Part shown: positions 38,362 through 52,200 of the stretch, piece after piece
How the letters are laid out: each line of letters starts with the position of its first letter
Position numbering within the stretch: position 1 is the first letter of the stretch
Assembly: GCA_030704615.1 (NCBI GenBank)
Contig: CM060733.1
Location: 24,614,001-24,678,000 of the forward strand
DNA: 64,000 nucleotides
Reading direction: 5' to 3'
Source: Takakia lepidozioides
Lineage: Eukaryota > Plantae > Bryophyta
Position numbers and translations under genes: made by a program
Notes under the pieces: model-generated
The model's database searches: none
The model's input: only the letters and a program-made list of their open reading frames with translations
What the model was told of the DNA's origin: nothing

Positions 38362-38930
38362 CCTCACAAACACGGGGAATAGAACTACGCACACGCCCGA
38401 TATGTTGATACGCGGTACACTGCGAATATGACCGTCGACGTCTTTCGCGGTATCAAAAAGGTATTCGTGCGTTGTCACCACTCGGAAAGCCCGACTCCCC
38501 TCCGGCCCCCACCTCGTAGACTCCCTGCACCTACATCCACACGACACGGTTCGCGAGACAAGTGGGTGACAGCGTCCAATTGCGGACCAAAAAAGCAGGG
38601 AAAACATAAACACCATCACAAACAAATGTCGGTACAAATTCGGCCCCGATATATATGATGCGTCCTTACCTGAGAAATGTCTCTATAAGCGTCCACCCCA
38701 ACAGAGCTTTCGAGTCCGTGGACGCCCCATGTATATCACATATATACTCGATAAGTGTTATCATTGTTTTCAGCCTCCAACCTATCCAGTTTTGTGTCAA
38801 GTTCAATAGTACGTACATATTTTTTCAGACAATCATCTTCAAATTCGCGGAGTGCGGTATGAAAAGCGGCAGAAATATGACACTTGGTTGCAGATTCGTC
38901 TCCCTCCATCGTCTGTTGCGGACCGTACAC
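38362..38930 (-). pseudogene. Spliced Ulp1 (peptidase C48)-like N-terminal fragment, TE-associated
   Basis: Two exons with GTAAG donors splice in phase to ..LLGWTLIETFLRCRE..RVVTTHEYLFD..PRINISGVCVVLFPVFV, the segment that normally precedes the catalytic His. Truncated at the putative LTR. Confidence 0.45.
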
Positions 38931-40110
38931 CTTTGCAAATACTGTCAGACTAAAATTTGAACCATTTCTTAGCTGAATCTAGTATTAAAACCAATCAACT
39001 TCTTGTATTTTGTCTATTTTAGGTTAATCTTGACACAAGTGGGGATTCCTTGTGGACTCATTTATGCAAATACTACCTAGGTAAACATACCTCAAACTCG
39101 CTCTTTGGTGCGCCACAACCCGCAAGTGATTCTTCAATGCTGCCACGAGTTCCTTGCACGCGATAATCGCCGGATATTGGCAGCTCCCCACTACCTTAAC
39201 ACTCCAACGCTCCCACCAAGGTTCATCACCACGAAGAGCCTCTAAATATGATGTGAAACTTGTTCAAAAGGTACAAAACCTATCAAAGTCTTACACCCAA
39301 GACAAGATTGCAACCTTGAGTGGTGTCTCTTGTCTGTGAGATTGGGAAATTCCACCCATAATCTGTTGGCCGACAGAAAGAACGAGGACATTTTTGCAGG
39401 AAAGAGACCGACGCGGGACCCTTTCATATTTGATGCAAGTCCAAACAAAGGTGGTGTTTTTCAGTACCTTCTAACAAGCATAGACTCGTCAAGTTACTTT
39501 GCTTCAGGACAGAGGCCGAAGTGGAGGTCTTGTAAACATATGTTCAAAGGCTTGTGAATCAGCTGGGCGCTGACATGGTTAGCATGCGCCCGTTGGGACT
39601 CCCCTTGGATGCATTGCCAAAGGAGTCCCAAACTGATTCTCTAATGGTGGAGTATGAGGGGAATCAAGAGGACCACAACTTTAAAGAAGGTTACAACCGG
39701 CTTCAAAAGTAGGTTATTATAAGGATGGAAGCAGCACTAAACATACATAGTATGGTCATCGAAGATGGCTATGAGCTGACAATTCGTGCATTTTGTGACA
39801 AGATTTTGGAGGCTTTGTATTTGGCAGCTGATAAGGATTATGCATTATCATACTTCTTTACCTGATTCTACCTCAACCATCTTGTTGATGTCCTCCTTGC
39901 TTAATCTTCCCTTGTAATTCATTATTATTATATTATTCCTTAGACTGATAGGTTCGTCATTTCTATGAAATGCAGCATATAGCCTACGTACTGAAACATG
40001 CTTGTAATGCACATAAGCACCATTTGGTTGGTCCTCTGAGAGTTGAATGGTTGAAATCTGATGAGACTGAAACCTTTTGCCAGAATAATGTGATCCAACA
40101 AAACAAAATT

Positions 40111-41200
40111 ATATAATTATATAAAGGAATGAAGGTGATGCTCACAGAAAACTTATATCCCAAAATTGGATTTGTAAATGGCGTCGTTGGAAAGATAATC
40201 CAAATATTCACAGATGAACCCAACTGTACACAAAATGATACAATGCACCCTCCAACCAAAGTCCTCGTAGATTTCAATAATTATAAACGAACATCATACA
40301 TTAAATACCATAACTTGGGAAGGGCTTTCCAATCCATTTCACCCATATCATATCCTACCAACATCAAACACATGAATTCAAACATACAATTTTTTTCAAA
40401 ATCAAACGATATCAATTGCCTTTGGTTCCGGCATTTTGCTTGACCGACTATAAATGACAAAGCCAAACATATGAACATCTAATAATAGACTTACAAAAAC
40501 CACATGATGGAAAGTCATTGAATATGCATAATGTTTATGTGACGTTATCCAACTGACGCTCCCAACTACAAGGACTTGTGATACTTCAAGATATTCACTT
40601 TGAAGACATCTAGAATTCCAATGACAACAAAAATCCATTTCCAACAAAACATACATCCATTAATAATCAAATTCAAAAGCCTAAACCAGAAGCAACGAAC
40701 TATCTGATTAAAACAAAAACACCAACTCAAAGTTATATCAAGGACAATAGCCAATTTTCACAAATATCAACATCCATCAACATTGACCTCATCCCCACTA
40801 ACTTTGACGATGCAGCAACATATTGGAACATCGAGTACCAAGTAACAGAGGAACACAAATGTATGTTGGTCAATGAAAACCGATGGTTAAGCGACGAACA
40901 CATGGCTATGCGAATTCTCTATAACAACAACTTACAAATGCGAGGACATGAACAACATTCATACGCAACATCGTTATAGACACAACCAATACACCAACAA
41001 ATGCTTACAAAACATATATTTATTAATCGCAACCATTGGATTTTAGCACTAATACAACCATACGAACAAACCCAACAATGTGTAATCTACGATTTCATTA
41101 AGCCTATACACAAAAAGCTACCATTCGATATATTCACAACCTCCAACAATTAATCCCATCCAAAACGTTACATTACACATATGCGAACGTAATGTACTGT
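40111..41200 (+). pseudogene. Helitron helicase C-terminus followed by a Ulp1-like protease remnant
   Basis: LYKGMKVMLTENLYPKIGFVNGVVG and YQLPLVPAFCLTDYK*QSQTYEHLIIDL (Pif1 motifs), then NRWLSDEHM..HIFINRNHWILALI..CVIYD at ~40863-41095. Confidence 0.75.
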
Positions 41201-41599
41201 TCATCCAATCCAAATCCCATCACAAAACCATATTCCCTCTTCGCGGGTGATTGCATCCTACCGTGTCCATTTTTTTAACATCGCCGCGTCATTTTTCTTG
41301 TACAAAGTTTGTTGCTATTGGTCCACAATCCTAAATTTTTATGAAATTTGTGAAAAGGGACTCATAACGTTGCACCTATCTATATGTAGTATCTACCTTT
41401 CAGACTTGCCACCAAAAACCTCTTTAGAAATGATGGACTAAATTTCATTTTCTTGTGCCCACATCAGAAAAACATTATTGACAACACTGCACACCAGAAA
41501 TCGCTTGCATAAGACCCATTATCAGCTTGTCTATCTTATTAAAAAAATGTCTATAGCTTTTGTCGCAGTCCTAAAAGAAAGTGTTATGGACTCTTATTT

Positions 41600-42726
41600 T
41601 TTGGAACACACTGCTTAGACATATGATGGGAGTTGAATGCGCACCTGACTACACTTTTGAGGGCAAATTTGGAATGTTATCTACGCGCCAAATGATAGCC
41701 AAGAAAGAGCAAATCTATGGGCATTGCTGGACTCTAAGATGCAAGAGCTCCAAACAATTGACCATTGGCTCTTAGCTGGAGATTATAACATGGTGGAATG
41801 TGCTGAGGACCGTAGAGGCGAACCTGTCATCAACCATATCAATGATGACCTCCAACGCTGGCTGACTTTGACACAGAACCACAGTCTCACAGAAATTCAG
41901 TCTGATTCCCTCTTAAGCGGAACAACTTCACCCCCACTTCACTTGGTCCAACAATAGAGATCTTCAAAACCTTCAAATGGCCCGTTTATATAGGTTCTAC
42001 TCATCCCTGAATATAATTCAATGGATGACAAGGCTACCCCAACTACCCATCCTTGCAGGCTTCGACCATGCTGAGATTTCAACCACTATCCAGATCCCAT
42101 CAGACCAAAAGAGAGGAAAGGGAATATATAGGATGAACGCATCCCTACTGGGAATCCCAGCCTTCAAAGAAGGTTTACAAACAGTCTGGTCTCAAGAGGG
42201 TACCGACATCAAAGATCCCATTATAAGATTTCAAGCCAAGTTAAAAGCCACAGTGATAGCCAGTCAATCTCTAAGCAAAGACATCTCGGCAGCCAGGAAG
42301 CTCAAAATCAAAGCCCTAACTAAATGTCTTAGGGTCTGTCAAATTAGAATGGAAAGCCCTCGCTGCGATGAAGCCACCTTCAATACATACATATAAGCTA
42401 AAGCTAACATGGAAGTGTACCAAAACCTTAGAGATGATAAACTCAAACTGCAGGCATGAATTAATTGGGCAACTCGGGGAGAAAAGATGACCAAGTATTT
42501 TTTCAACAAAACCAAACAGAAAAGAGTTGCGCAAAACATCACCAGCCTTAAAGATCACACCTCTGGGATTACCACTTCCTCCCCAAAAGCCATGACCAGC
42601 TTAGCCTTCTCTCACTTTCAATCCCTATTTCATAATGACCAGCAATTCTCACCCCAGACTACCACCCAACAGCACTGCCTCTCGCAGACCCCAAACTTGC
42701 TCACTCCAAGCATGGTTAGCTCTTAG
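41600..42726 (+). pseudogene. L1-clade LINE ORF2 fragment (APE C-terminus plus linker)
   Basis: NVIYAPN, WLLAGDYNMVE..DR, FTWSN, MARLYRFY, GFDHA and W..GEKMTKYFF, with multiple stops and frameshifts. Confidence 0.85.
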
Positions 42727-43291
42727 TGCCTTGTGAAATTAGAGTTTTGACAGTTTTGGTAAACTTGTGTTGAAATTGATGTCCCGCCTCATCGGCCTCT
42801 TATATAAGTTAATGTATTTTCATGGCTCTCTCTCTCTACCTCTCCAGAAGCTCAAACATACACAATCCCCTTATCTCCACCAACGACGCTCTTTGGACAC
42901 AATACTCTTGCATCCCTCACCATGTCATTCTATGTCCTTATTGCAAGAAAACCACCAATGTACCTATTCCATCCACAACAACCCAAAAACCTAATAAGGG
43001 TTAATTTTAAAAATATTCACAAGTTGCCCATCTTGGAGATATTTTAGGGTTGTGTGGGAGTTGAACCCTGAACCGGCAGCTGTTGCGGGGATGGAAGCAA
43101 GCTTATACCCTAGTAGAGAGAAGGCAAGAGAGTCGCTGACCCCCCAAAATTTGAATACGAAGAAGGAATCATCGGAAGCGATGTTGTGAGCAGGATTGCA
43201 GCAAGATCTGCAATCCATGCCCCAGAATTCTTTGATTGAGTAGGTTTGATTGTGGGGAAGAAGCAGGAGAGGAGGAGAGAAGACAGAGAGC

Positions 43292-46200
43292 ATGGAGGTA
43301 CCGCTCGTCAACAATGATGGAGTGCGTTGGACTCGGATGGTTGTGTCTGCATCTTTTGCTTCAGCTGCACCTTGCTGCCCGCTACCCCAGAATGCTGCAG
43401 GAGGGGGGGCGTTTCTAGACCCCGAAACAGCGTCCTCGCAACCAGATCGCAACATAATCTGGTGCCTACTCACCTCAATTTTACTCCTCTCTTTGTGGAC
43501 TTTGTGGATTCCTCCCCTCCGACCCGCACCCTCGCTTGCCCCCCTTTTTCCATGTTGACTCGTGCTATTCTTCTGAATGAGGGCAATAGCGGATTAAGTT
43601 GTACTATTGTTTTCGTGCTCAGTGGTTGTCATTCCATGCAGGAAATTAGTTACATTGCTTGATATCGTTTTTAGAAGTTAGAATAACCTATTGCTCTTCG
43701 GGACAATTCGGACGGAATCGCTGGGGAGTCATTTGTTCGTGTACTCTTATGAGCTCACATTGTTTGGTGGAATTACCTTGCGGTCTCTGAAACACAATTA
43801 ATATGTAAGGATGCAGGGTACTTCAAAGCCTTTACAGTGTAGATTTGTGCTAAAGAATTAGCCTTTCGCTCCCGTCTCACTGTTGCCATTTTGGAAGGGT
43901 TTAGGGCTAAATCGCCTGGCTCTTCTACAGTGGCAGCATTGCAACAGTGGACGTCAGTAGGAGCTCTTTGTGTCAGCACGTACATTGGTGGTGTTATTCT
44001 ACAGGGAGCATGTAGCTTGGCGAAAATTAGTGAAAATCGTCTCGTGTTTTCACAGCAATGTCTTTTATTTCAGTGCAAGTGCCCATTTCCTTGAGATTGC
44101 TGAACATGTGGAGAACCTCCATAATTTGGTTATTCCTTTCATAGTTTCAGATTAACAGTGATCCAATGTTAAGCTCCCCTGGGAGCTTCCAAGGACGTCT
44201 ACATTCTGAGATATGAGGTGTGAAAACGCCAGTCAAGTCAGAGTAGTTCTTGTTGATTCCAGGGGTCCCCAAGGCTTGGTTAGACACCATCACTGCTGTT
44301 AGGTTGGTTGGTCTAGTAGTTTGGAAGTTCTGTCGAAGAAATCCTGGAAAGTAGAAAGAGGATATAATCAGGCTTGGACCAACGAGAAATCATTTGCCCT
44401 TGCCTCTTCTTCAAAAAAGTTTAAATCAGAAATACCGTTGTATTCAGGCGAATTCATGGAGAGACGCCTAAAGTGCTGGAGCTGACAGAACTATCGAGTG
44501 ACCAAAATATATACAGAAGTGGGCTCCACCTTCTGTTCGAAGACTTTCTGTCTCCATTTGCTTCTGTAATCCCCTCCCAGGTAATCAGTTCCACCATGGA
44601 TACTCCATACCCTTTGAGGATCTGTTTTAAGTGGTAAACACAGGTAGGTGATAGCACTTTCTAGGCAGACATTGTGTGATTGGCAAGAGAAGAGAGATTT
44701 GGTGAATGAACGTGGAGGTTGGCTGATCAGGATCACTCTTCGGGGGCAATTGATTGGCCATTGGTGGCTTCAGTTGTAAGATCTGTAGCAGGCATGGCTT
44801 GATGGTGCTGACATGGAGTGATCGGCAAGATAAGAGAGAGCAGTCAACTGAAACTAGAGGTTGGGTGGTCAGGAGAACCACTGAGTCACAGTCAGATGTT
44901 GTTACCTTGATTTTGTCTATGTTGTGGGCACAGGTGATGGGGAAAAGTGGTTACATTGTGTGGGTTGTGACGGTGGGTGGAGTGGCGTACCGGCTTCAAG
45001 TCACAGGGGCAGTAGGTGGGTGGATGCTGTGTGGTGACCCACAGCAGTATGATGTGCGCGCAGATGTGCAGCAACTGCAGCATGTCACTGTATTTGCAGC
45101 TACTGCCAATTTACTCTGCCTTGGCGGTCATTCTGGCTCCATCATCTGCATCCCCTTTGCCACATCACATCATGCTTTGGCACCAGGCATGCCTTGCAAG
45201 CCTTATATGTTGTGATTCCATATATGATTATTGAAAATGCAGGCCTTAGTTGTGTTGGAGGAGGTTGTGGAAGGATCTTTCTGACTAATGTTGGATCTTT
45301 AGAGCTTTTGGTTGCAGGAATTGCTAATGGGATACTGCTAGTGGAAACTTGCTCTTAGGACATCCGTTCTGTGAATCTTTCTATATGTGAAACGGACCCA
45401 TGCATCTGCTTGTCACTTGTACTCTGGCTCATGATTGAAGATATTCCTCAAAGGCAGTTGCCTGAGTCTTGATGTCTTGTTTGTTACCAGATGTGTCCTT
45501 TGAACTGAAAGATGCCGATGCTGGCCTGAGTCGGTTGTGGGGATTTGCTTTTAGGTGCGCCTAACTTACCTCGTACACCTATATGGATAAAAAGGTGGCA
45601 TACACCTTATATTCTTTCAATTACTCTTGACTCAAGAGTGTCATAAGTTTTTGTGTCTCTCATGATTGCTGTTGGGACATTTTCTTTCTGTACATCAGGT
45701 ACTGTGAAAGAATCCTTCCTATGTAGTCTTCTTTAGATTGGTACATAGTCAGTTTCAATGTCTTTCCGTCTTTATTTCCTGATCCTTCTGCATCGGGTTT
45801 TCTACACTTCATGGATTGCTTGTTTTATTGTGCATTTGCTATGGGATAAACTTCTTTCATTGGTAGGCAAAGTTACAGTCTGCTTGTGGGAATGAATCAG
45901 GGGGAAAAATGCTGGCCCTGTTAAAAGTTTGGCAGCTCGGCTTCTGAATGGTTCATCCATGCTCTTTGCACTTCATGAAGATGGGACAGTGCGAATTTGG
46001 GATTTGCAACATCACACCCGCTTGTTGAATCACACTCTCTCTCCCTCACCTGAACTTACAGGCAAGTTCCGCATGTCGTCTTGTATGAATTTGGTGGAAT
46101 ATTCCTTTCTTTATGGAATATACTTGCTCAAGTTGGTCTCTGTGGTTTGGGGAAAGCATTTACTGAAATTGCTTAAGTTTTTTGCAATGATGTTTTGTTA

Positions 46201-49200
46201 TTCAACCCTGGTGGTTGTTTTCACTGCTGCTGTATTTCATTTATTGAAGCGTTTTTTCCATCAGCAGGACTCTGAGTACATAAGTGCAGGTTAAGTAGGG
46301 CTAGTAAAGAGTTCCCATGTAGTGAATTGACTAGGCTCTTCTTTGCAGGTCGTGAAGACAAGCTGATGTGCGTGGAAGAGGTGGGAGCAGTTGCGTCAGC
46401 TGTGCGACTTGTATTTCTATGTTCCAGCTCCTCGGTATGTCTGTTTGAAAAGCTGGCAGGCCTTATTCTTGTGTGTTGGTTTTTTGTGTGCAAGATGCTG
46501 AATGGGGATTGATACGTCTGTGATAACAGGGACAGTTAAGCAGGTGATGATGTTCCATGCTAACTTGCATTGTGCTTGTTTGAACAGGATGCAAGTCAGC
46601 AAACAGCAGTTGTTTGTACATTCAGTCTGGCTCCCAGTGATGGGGGCCTCCGACCAGGCCATTTGACTGTGCAATACACATTTTCCATAGATGAGGTGAT
46701 TGAACGTTCCTATTCTTTCTTTCAAAGTTCTTTAATTGTTTTCTATGAATAATTGAGGGGAGAAATGGTGATATATGTATATTGCAGCTTGTGACAGTTG
46801 TAGGACTAACCTTTGGCTGTCATATCAGGGAACTGTAGTTGATATGAGATTGCTGTCCAGTGGCCTTTGGATGCTGCAAAGAGCTCAAAAGGGTCATCAA
46901 TTGCTTTATGCAAATTTGCAGAGGTATGTTTTCAACTTCTGTTCAGTACTGTTTCCTTAGAGACTACCAGCCATTGGCAAGAGGGCCTTCAACATTGAGG
47001 ACCAGAAGTGTGTTGCAGTTTACCTTTGTGTAGGCACTTTGTCTTTGTGCAACAATTGCTGTAGGTTGATGTAGGTTTTCTATTTGTTCTACTTTGTCCC
47101 AAGCTGTGATGGTTACTAAGTTACCTTCTCTTTCTTTCTTTCATTGGTTGGAGATGTCAATGGGTATAAGTGGACGGGTAAGATGTGTACTCTCAAGGCA
47201 GCCTCTGCCAAACGCGGCCAAAAAGGGGTTGGATTCTTTGTCCGCGATTTCTTGTTTGATAATTGTGAAATTATCAACAAGGGTTTGAGGTATGAGCATA
47301 GTATCTGGCTAAAACTGAATCTGAAGGGTGTGAATACGAAGGACCTCTTTGTGGGTTGTGTTTACATGCTCAAGGCTGAGTATGTCCAGGCCTTGCAAGA
47401 GGCTCTCCCTCATTTTGTCCACTCGCTCCAAGACCTTCAGTCTCACGCTGACAATGCAAGAAATGAAGTCGAAAGAGCAGTGGATGCTTGGGAGAGTTTC
47501 GTCTCCTCTGCGGCTGACAAGATCATTGGGAGGAAACTAATTGTCTGCGGTAGAGCTGTTAATTGGTGGACCAATGAGATTAAACTCAAGATAGCTGAGG
47601 GACGAGTCCTTTATAAAGAGTGCTGCAATTTGAAAACCAACAAAGAATTGTGGGCGAGATACTACCAGATCCGTAAAGATATCAATCAGCTTGTAAGGGC
47701 TCAGAAGAAATTATACTGGGACAAGTTATACAGTGAAATAAACTCAAACCACCATGGTGGTAATGACAAGAGATTCTGGTTGGCCCTTCAACGTTTGTAC
47801 AAGCCGAAAAGCTGTCAGCAAGTACAAGCGCTGAACACTACTAAGGGTGCAGTGGTAACTTCATCGGTTGACATTGTCAAAACCTTGAAACCCACTACAG
47901 TATCCTTGGCAGAACTTCTAGGTCTAACAGTGAGGGGTCCTCTGATGAATGGAAGGACACAGTTGGTAAAACTGTTCCTATGATTCAAAACAGCCCTGAT
48001 GAACTGGAGTATATTTCAAAAGCCTACAACGCTCCCATTAGTTCTTCTGAGATTGTGGAAGCAATTGAACATCTAAATGGATATAAAGCAGGTGGTCCTG
48101 ATGGCATAGTCAACGAGCTTATCAAGCACGTTGGCGATCCCATGATAGAGGCCCTAGTTCTCCTCTTTAACCTTATCTGGAAGACTGAAATGATCCCCTT
48201 TCGCTGGCGACAGGGCGTCATTGTCAATCTATATAAGAAGGGTGACAGAGAAGACCCGGGGAACTATCGTGGCATCACGCTTCTCAATGCTGTTGGCAAT
48301 ATATTTTGCAGAGTTATAAGTACCTGTCTCGAGGTTGATCTGGAATCTAGAGGTTGTTTTCACGAAGGCCAAGCTGGCTTTCGGCGAAACAGGGGCTGTG
48401 TGGACCATATCTTCACTCTAAGCCAGATTATCCAGGGAAGGAAAAAAGAAGGGGAACCCACTTATGCTTTTTTCTTGGATGTCAAAAAGGCTTATGACAC
48501 AGTGTGGAGAGATGGTCTATGGCTTCGACTCTGGTCTTGCGGAATCAAGGGAAAATGTGGAGAGTTGTCCATAACTTGTATGCTCACACCAAAAGCTGTG
48601 TCACTGTTAATGGACAGAAGTCTAGCTTCTTTGACATAGACCAAGGTGTAGCGCAAGGATGTACCCTCTCCCCTCTGCTCTTCAATGTTTTCATCAATCA
48701 ACTCCTCGAGGATGTGGAACGTGAGGGATTTGGGTTAAGGGTGGGTGATGCCACCATTCCAGCCCTTATGTTTGCGGATGACTTCGCAGGCATAGGGGAG
48801 ACTCCAACCAATCTCCAGGAGTTGATTGGCTAGAGGCTAATGTCAGCAAATGTGCAGTGGTAGCATTCAACGACAGAGGAGAGGGAGGAAGTGATCTTAA
48901 GTGGCAGTGGGGTAGCCAAGAGATCCCGGTCCTCCCTTCCTACACTTACCTGGGCGTTGAATTTTCCTCCAATTGTAATTGCGATGCACATATCCGGAAA
49001 GTTGTTCAAACTGGCAAGGGCAAAGCTCTGGGGCTCACTAAATTTTTCCACTGCAGAGGGGTCAACTCTGAGGTTAAGAAAACCATGCTTTGTCGCGTTA
49101 TTAGACCTGCCTTGGAGTACGGATCCGCAATATGGGTTGATAATTCCAACCAGGCTAAGTCTCTAGAATCCATTCAAGTGGGGGTGCTTAAGGAGTGTAT

Positions 49201-52200
49201 GTCAGCATGCTCCAAAACAGCCAATGTGGCTGTTCGGGGTGAGTTTGGCATTCCGTCCTTAAGCTCCCGACGAGATGAATTCAAGGTCAGATGGTGGGGT
49301 CAGCTGCAACATATGTCCAACACCAGATATCCCAAGTTAATCGACTCTATATCTTGGAAACAGGACCGCCCTGTCAAACAGGCTAAGTCCTGGCAGAAGA
49401 GAGTAGAAGAGATTCTCAAGGACCTGGACCTGGAACCGCAAGTCTTGACCCTGCTGGATAAATCTGACTTAGAGGCTGTAGTGTCCAAAGCCATGTCTGT
49501 TGCCATGAGATTGTCTGATGAAAATGAAGTTAGGCAGAAAACTTCCCTGAACTTGTTTCCAGTCAGTGACATGGGGGAGGACATCTTGGATGACCTCAAG
49601 GGTCTACCCACTCTCGGCACTAGACTGAAATTTAAACTCAGGGCAGGAAGCCTACCTTTGAACAGCAAACAGAAGCAGAGAGGAAAGGGAGAGTGCAATT
49701 GCCCGTTTTGTGGGCAACCTGAAGACAGTATTCATTTTCTGATACACTGTCCGGGGTTCTCTCACCAAAGAGACGCTCTCTTCAAATCTATCAAGGGAAT
49801 TGTGCCTGTACCTCTGTTTACCAACTTTGAAAGTCTCGAGGCTGAGCCAAAAGCCCAGGCCCTCCCGAGGCCTAGTTTTTGGGCAAATCACACAGCAGAT
49901 TGATGCTTGTGTGAAGGGATTTCTAGAGGATATCTGGAAAACCCGGATTAATTCTATATATGAAGGTAAGTCTTACTACCAACGTCAGCCCCTGACAGAG
50001 GTAGGTTCTGTCCCTTTTGTTCCCCCTCAAACTGGGCGCGGGGTCAATGGCCACAAGGCTACGGCAAACAACGTCTTATGAGTACAATCTTTCTTTCTTT
50101 CACATCACATCCAGACATGACCGCAACAGACTCATTAGGAGAGAGCTTATGGAATTACATGTCAAGAGAACTTGGAAGCTACCCAATCTCACGACAAAGC
50201 TCCACTTCTATTGAGAGACATTCTTGGTGCTCCGCGATGATAGAATCTTGAGACCAAATTACCTTTCAGCATCCTTATCTCCTTCCCTCCTGAGGGCATT
50301 GGGGCGGTTCAGGGTGGGTTCCCACAACCTACGGATAGAGACTGGCAGATGGGAAAACCTGCAACGGGAGGACCGCCTATGTCCAGCTTGCATAGGGTGC
50401 AGCCAGGAAATTGAAACTGAAGAACACTTCTTCTTCTACTGCCCTCTATACTACGAGGTCCGTGGGAGATTCCACTGTTTATTCAGTGGAACCCAAACTC
50501 TCACTGATGTCTTCCACTATGAGGATAAGAAATGCTTGGCAGCCTACCTGCACGAGGCCTTCACCCTTAGACAATTGCTAGAACATTAATTGTTATTCTT
50601 GGTTTCTGGATTTGTTCCTCTCTCATGTTTTCTTCCATTTTGTCCCATAAGCTCTATGAGCTTTCCGTGGACTTTATAAAGCACCATTTCATTTCATTTC
50701 ATAGCTTTGTGGTTGCTTTAACTGCGAGATCTCGCACTCTCTTTATGCCCTAACTGCTACATTATTTCTTTTGGCTGTTGGTAGGGAGGGGGATGTGCAG
50801 CTCTGCCGGCTGCAAGAGGAGAGTGTATCAGAGCAGCTGCTACTGGGAGCAGGCCATGACTGGGATGACCTCCTCTTCATTGTCCATCCTACTGTGGGGG
50901 TCTCAGCGGTATTCTTGTATAGGCAGTCCTTCAGCTGTTGTCGTCTTTCTTCACAATATCTTAACCAGGGATTTCTTCAGGAGCTTTACCCCAATGTTGT
51001 ACATATATTGAAGCCTTCTTATCCTTTCCCCTTGATGTATATTATTTCAGACCGTTCGAGGGCATTCCGTCTTTGGATTGGTGGCATTGAGCAGTGATGG
51101 ACAACTCCTGTTGCTGCCGGTAGCTCATAAGTGGTGTGCTGGTGCAGGGAATAACTCTTGCAGATGTGTACCTGTGGAGGCTGCTGCAGCCAGGAGTGAG
51201 GCAGCGTGCTGCTCTTCAGCACGCCTTGCACCTGCGCAGGCGGCCCCTCAGTGATAGTGACCTGGCCTCCCTTACCTTTGATGGTTTGCGTACTCACATC
51301 TCTGCTGCTGTGGAAACAGAGGTATTGACAGGATGTGTGTCTTCCCAGTATGTTAACAACATGAGACCTCGTTTTGGAGGGATTGCGTTTTTCTGTACTT
51401 TCTGTAAATGGAAATCTACTTGTTCTGTAGTTCTCAATGGCTTCATCACCCAGCATGGAGCCCCTTTATAATAACTAACAAGTAGCGTCTTTCTGGGGTG
51501 AAGGCATCAGTTTACCATATAAGGAGCAGTGCTTAAGTATTCTCAAGCCTTGGATGTGTCTTTCAGAGTTGTGGTGGTAGCCCTGCACGGGCATTGCATG
51601 AGTGGGTGAGCTTCATCAACGACTATGTGGCAGCCTGGACACGTAATAGCTGTCCTTATGGATTGGTCATGGATGCCAGGACTGGTGGTGTGGGTCTGAT
51701 CCGAAGCACCTCTGTGTCTGTGATTCGCAGTCTTAGCGGTGTGGAGCATTTGCTTGCAGGTTAGTCCTTGCTCTCTCCATTGGTTTTTGGGCTGGGGGAT
51801 TTCACCTTCTAGATATGAGTATCACTGTCAGCTGGCAAAGTTCTGGTAACTCTTGAGGGCACCCTTCATAGTTGGGTGAAATGTTTTCCTTCAACGTATA
51901 GTGATCAATCAAGTTTTTCAGCTGATAGACAATTGTGATGTCGCTTGCGAGTTAGCACAGCAGGACGGACGGGGACAGGGCAGATAATGCTGCCAGTGGG
52001 ATGGAAGGAGGACGAGACAGAGGAGGCAGGGCTCCTCGCGGGCGTGCTGGGCTGCGCAGAGAGTGTAGCTGGACACTTGGGCAGATTACCACTGGCTGCT
52101 CTTCATGAGGCACTGCTCCGGCCCTCGGACCACCCAGTGCCTGCGCTGGTAGCCAGCTTCGTGCGCATCTTGGATGTGGGCTTCAGTTCCATTAGGGTTT

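Noticed and set aside
39100-39860. Possible gene fragment
   Set aside because: Short broken frames with no motif I can recognise.
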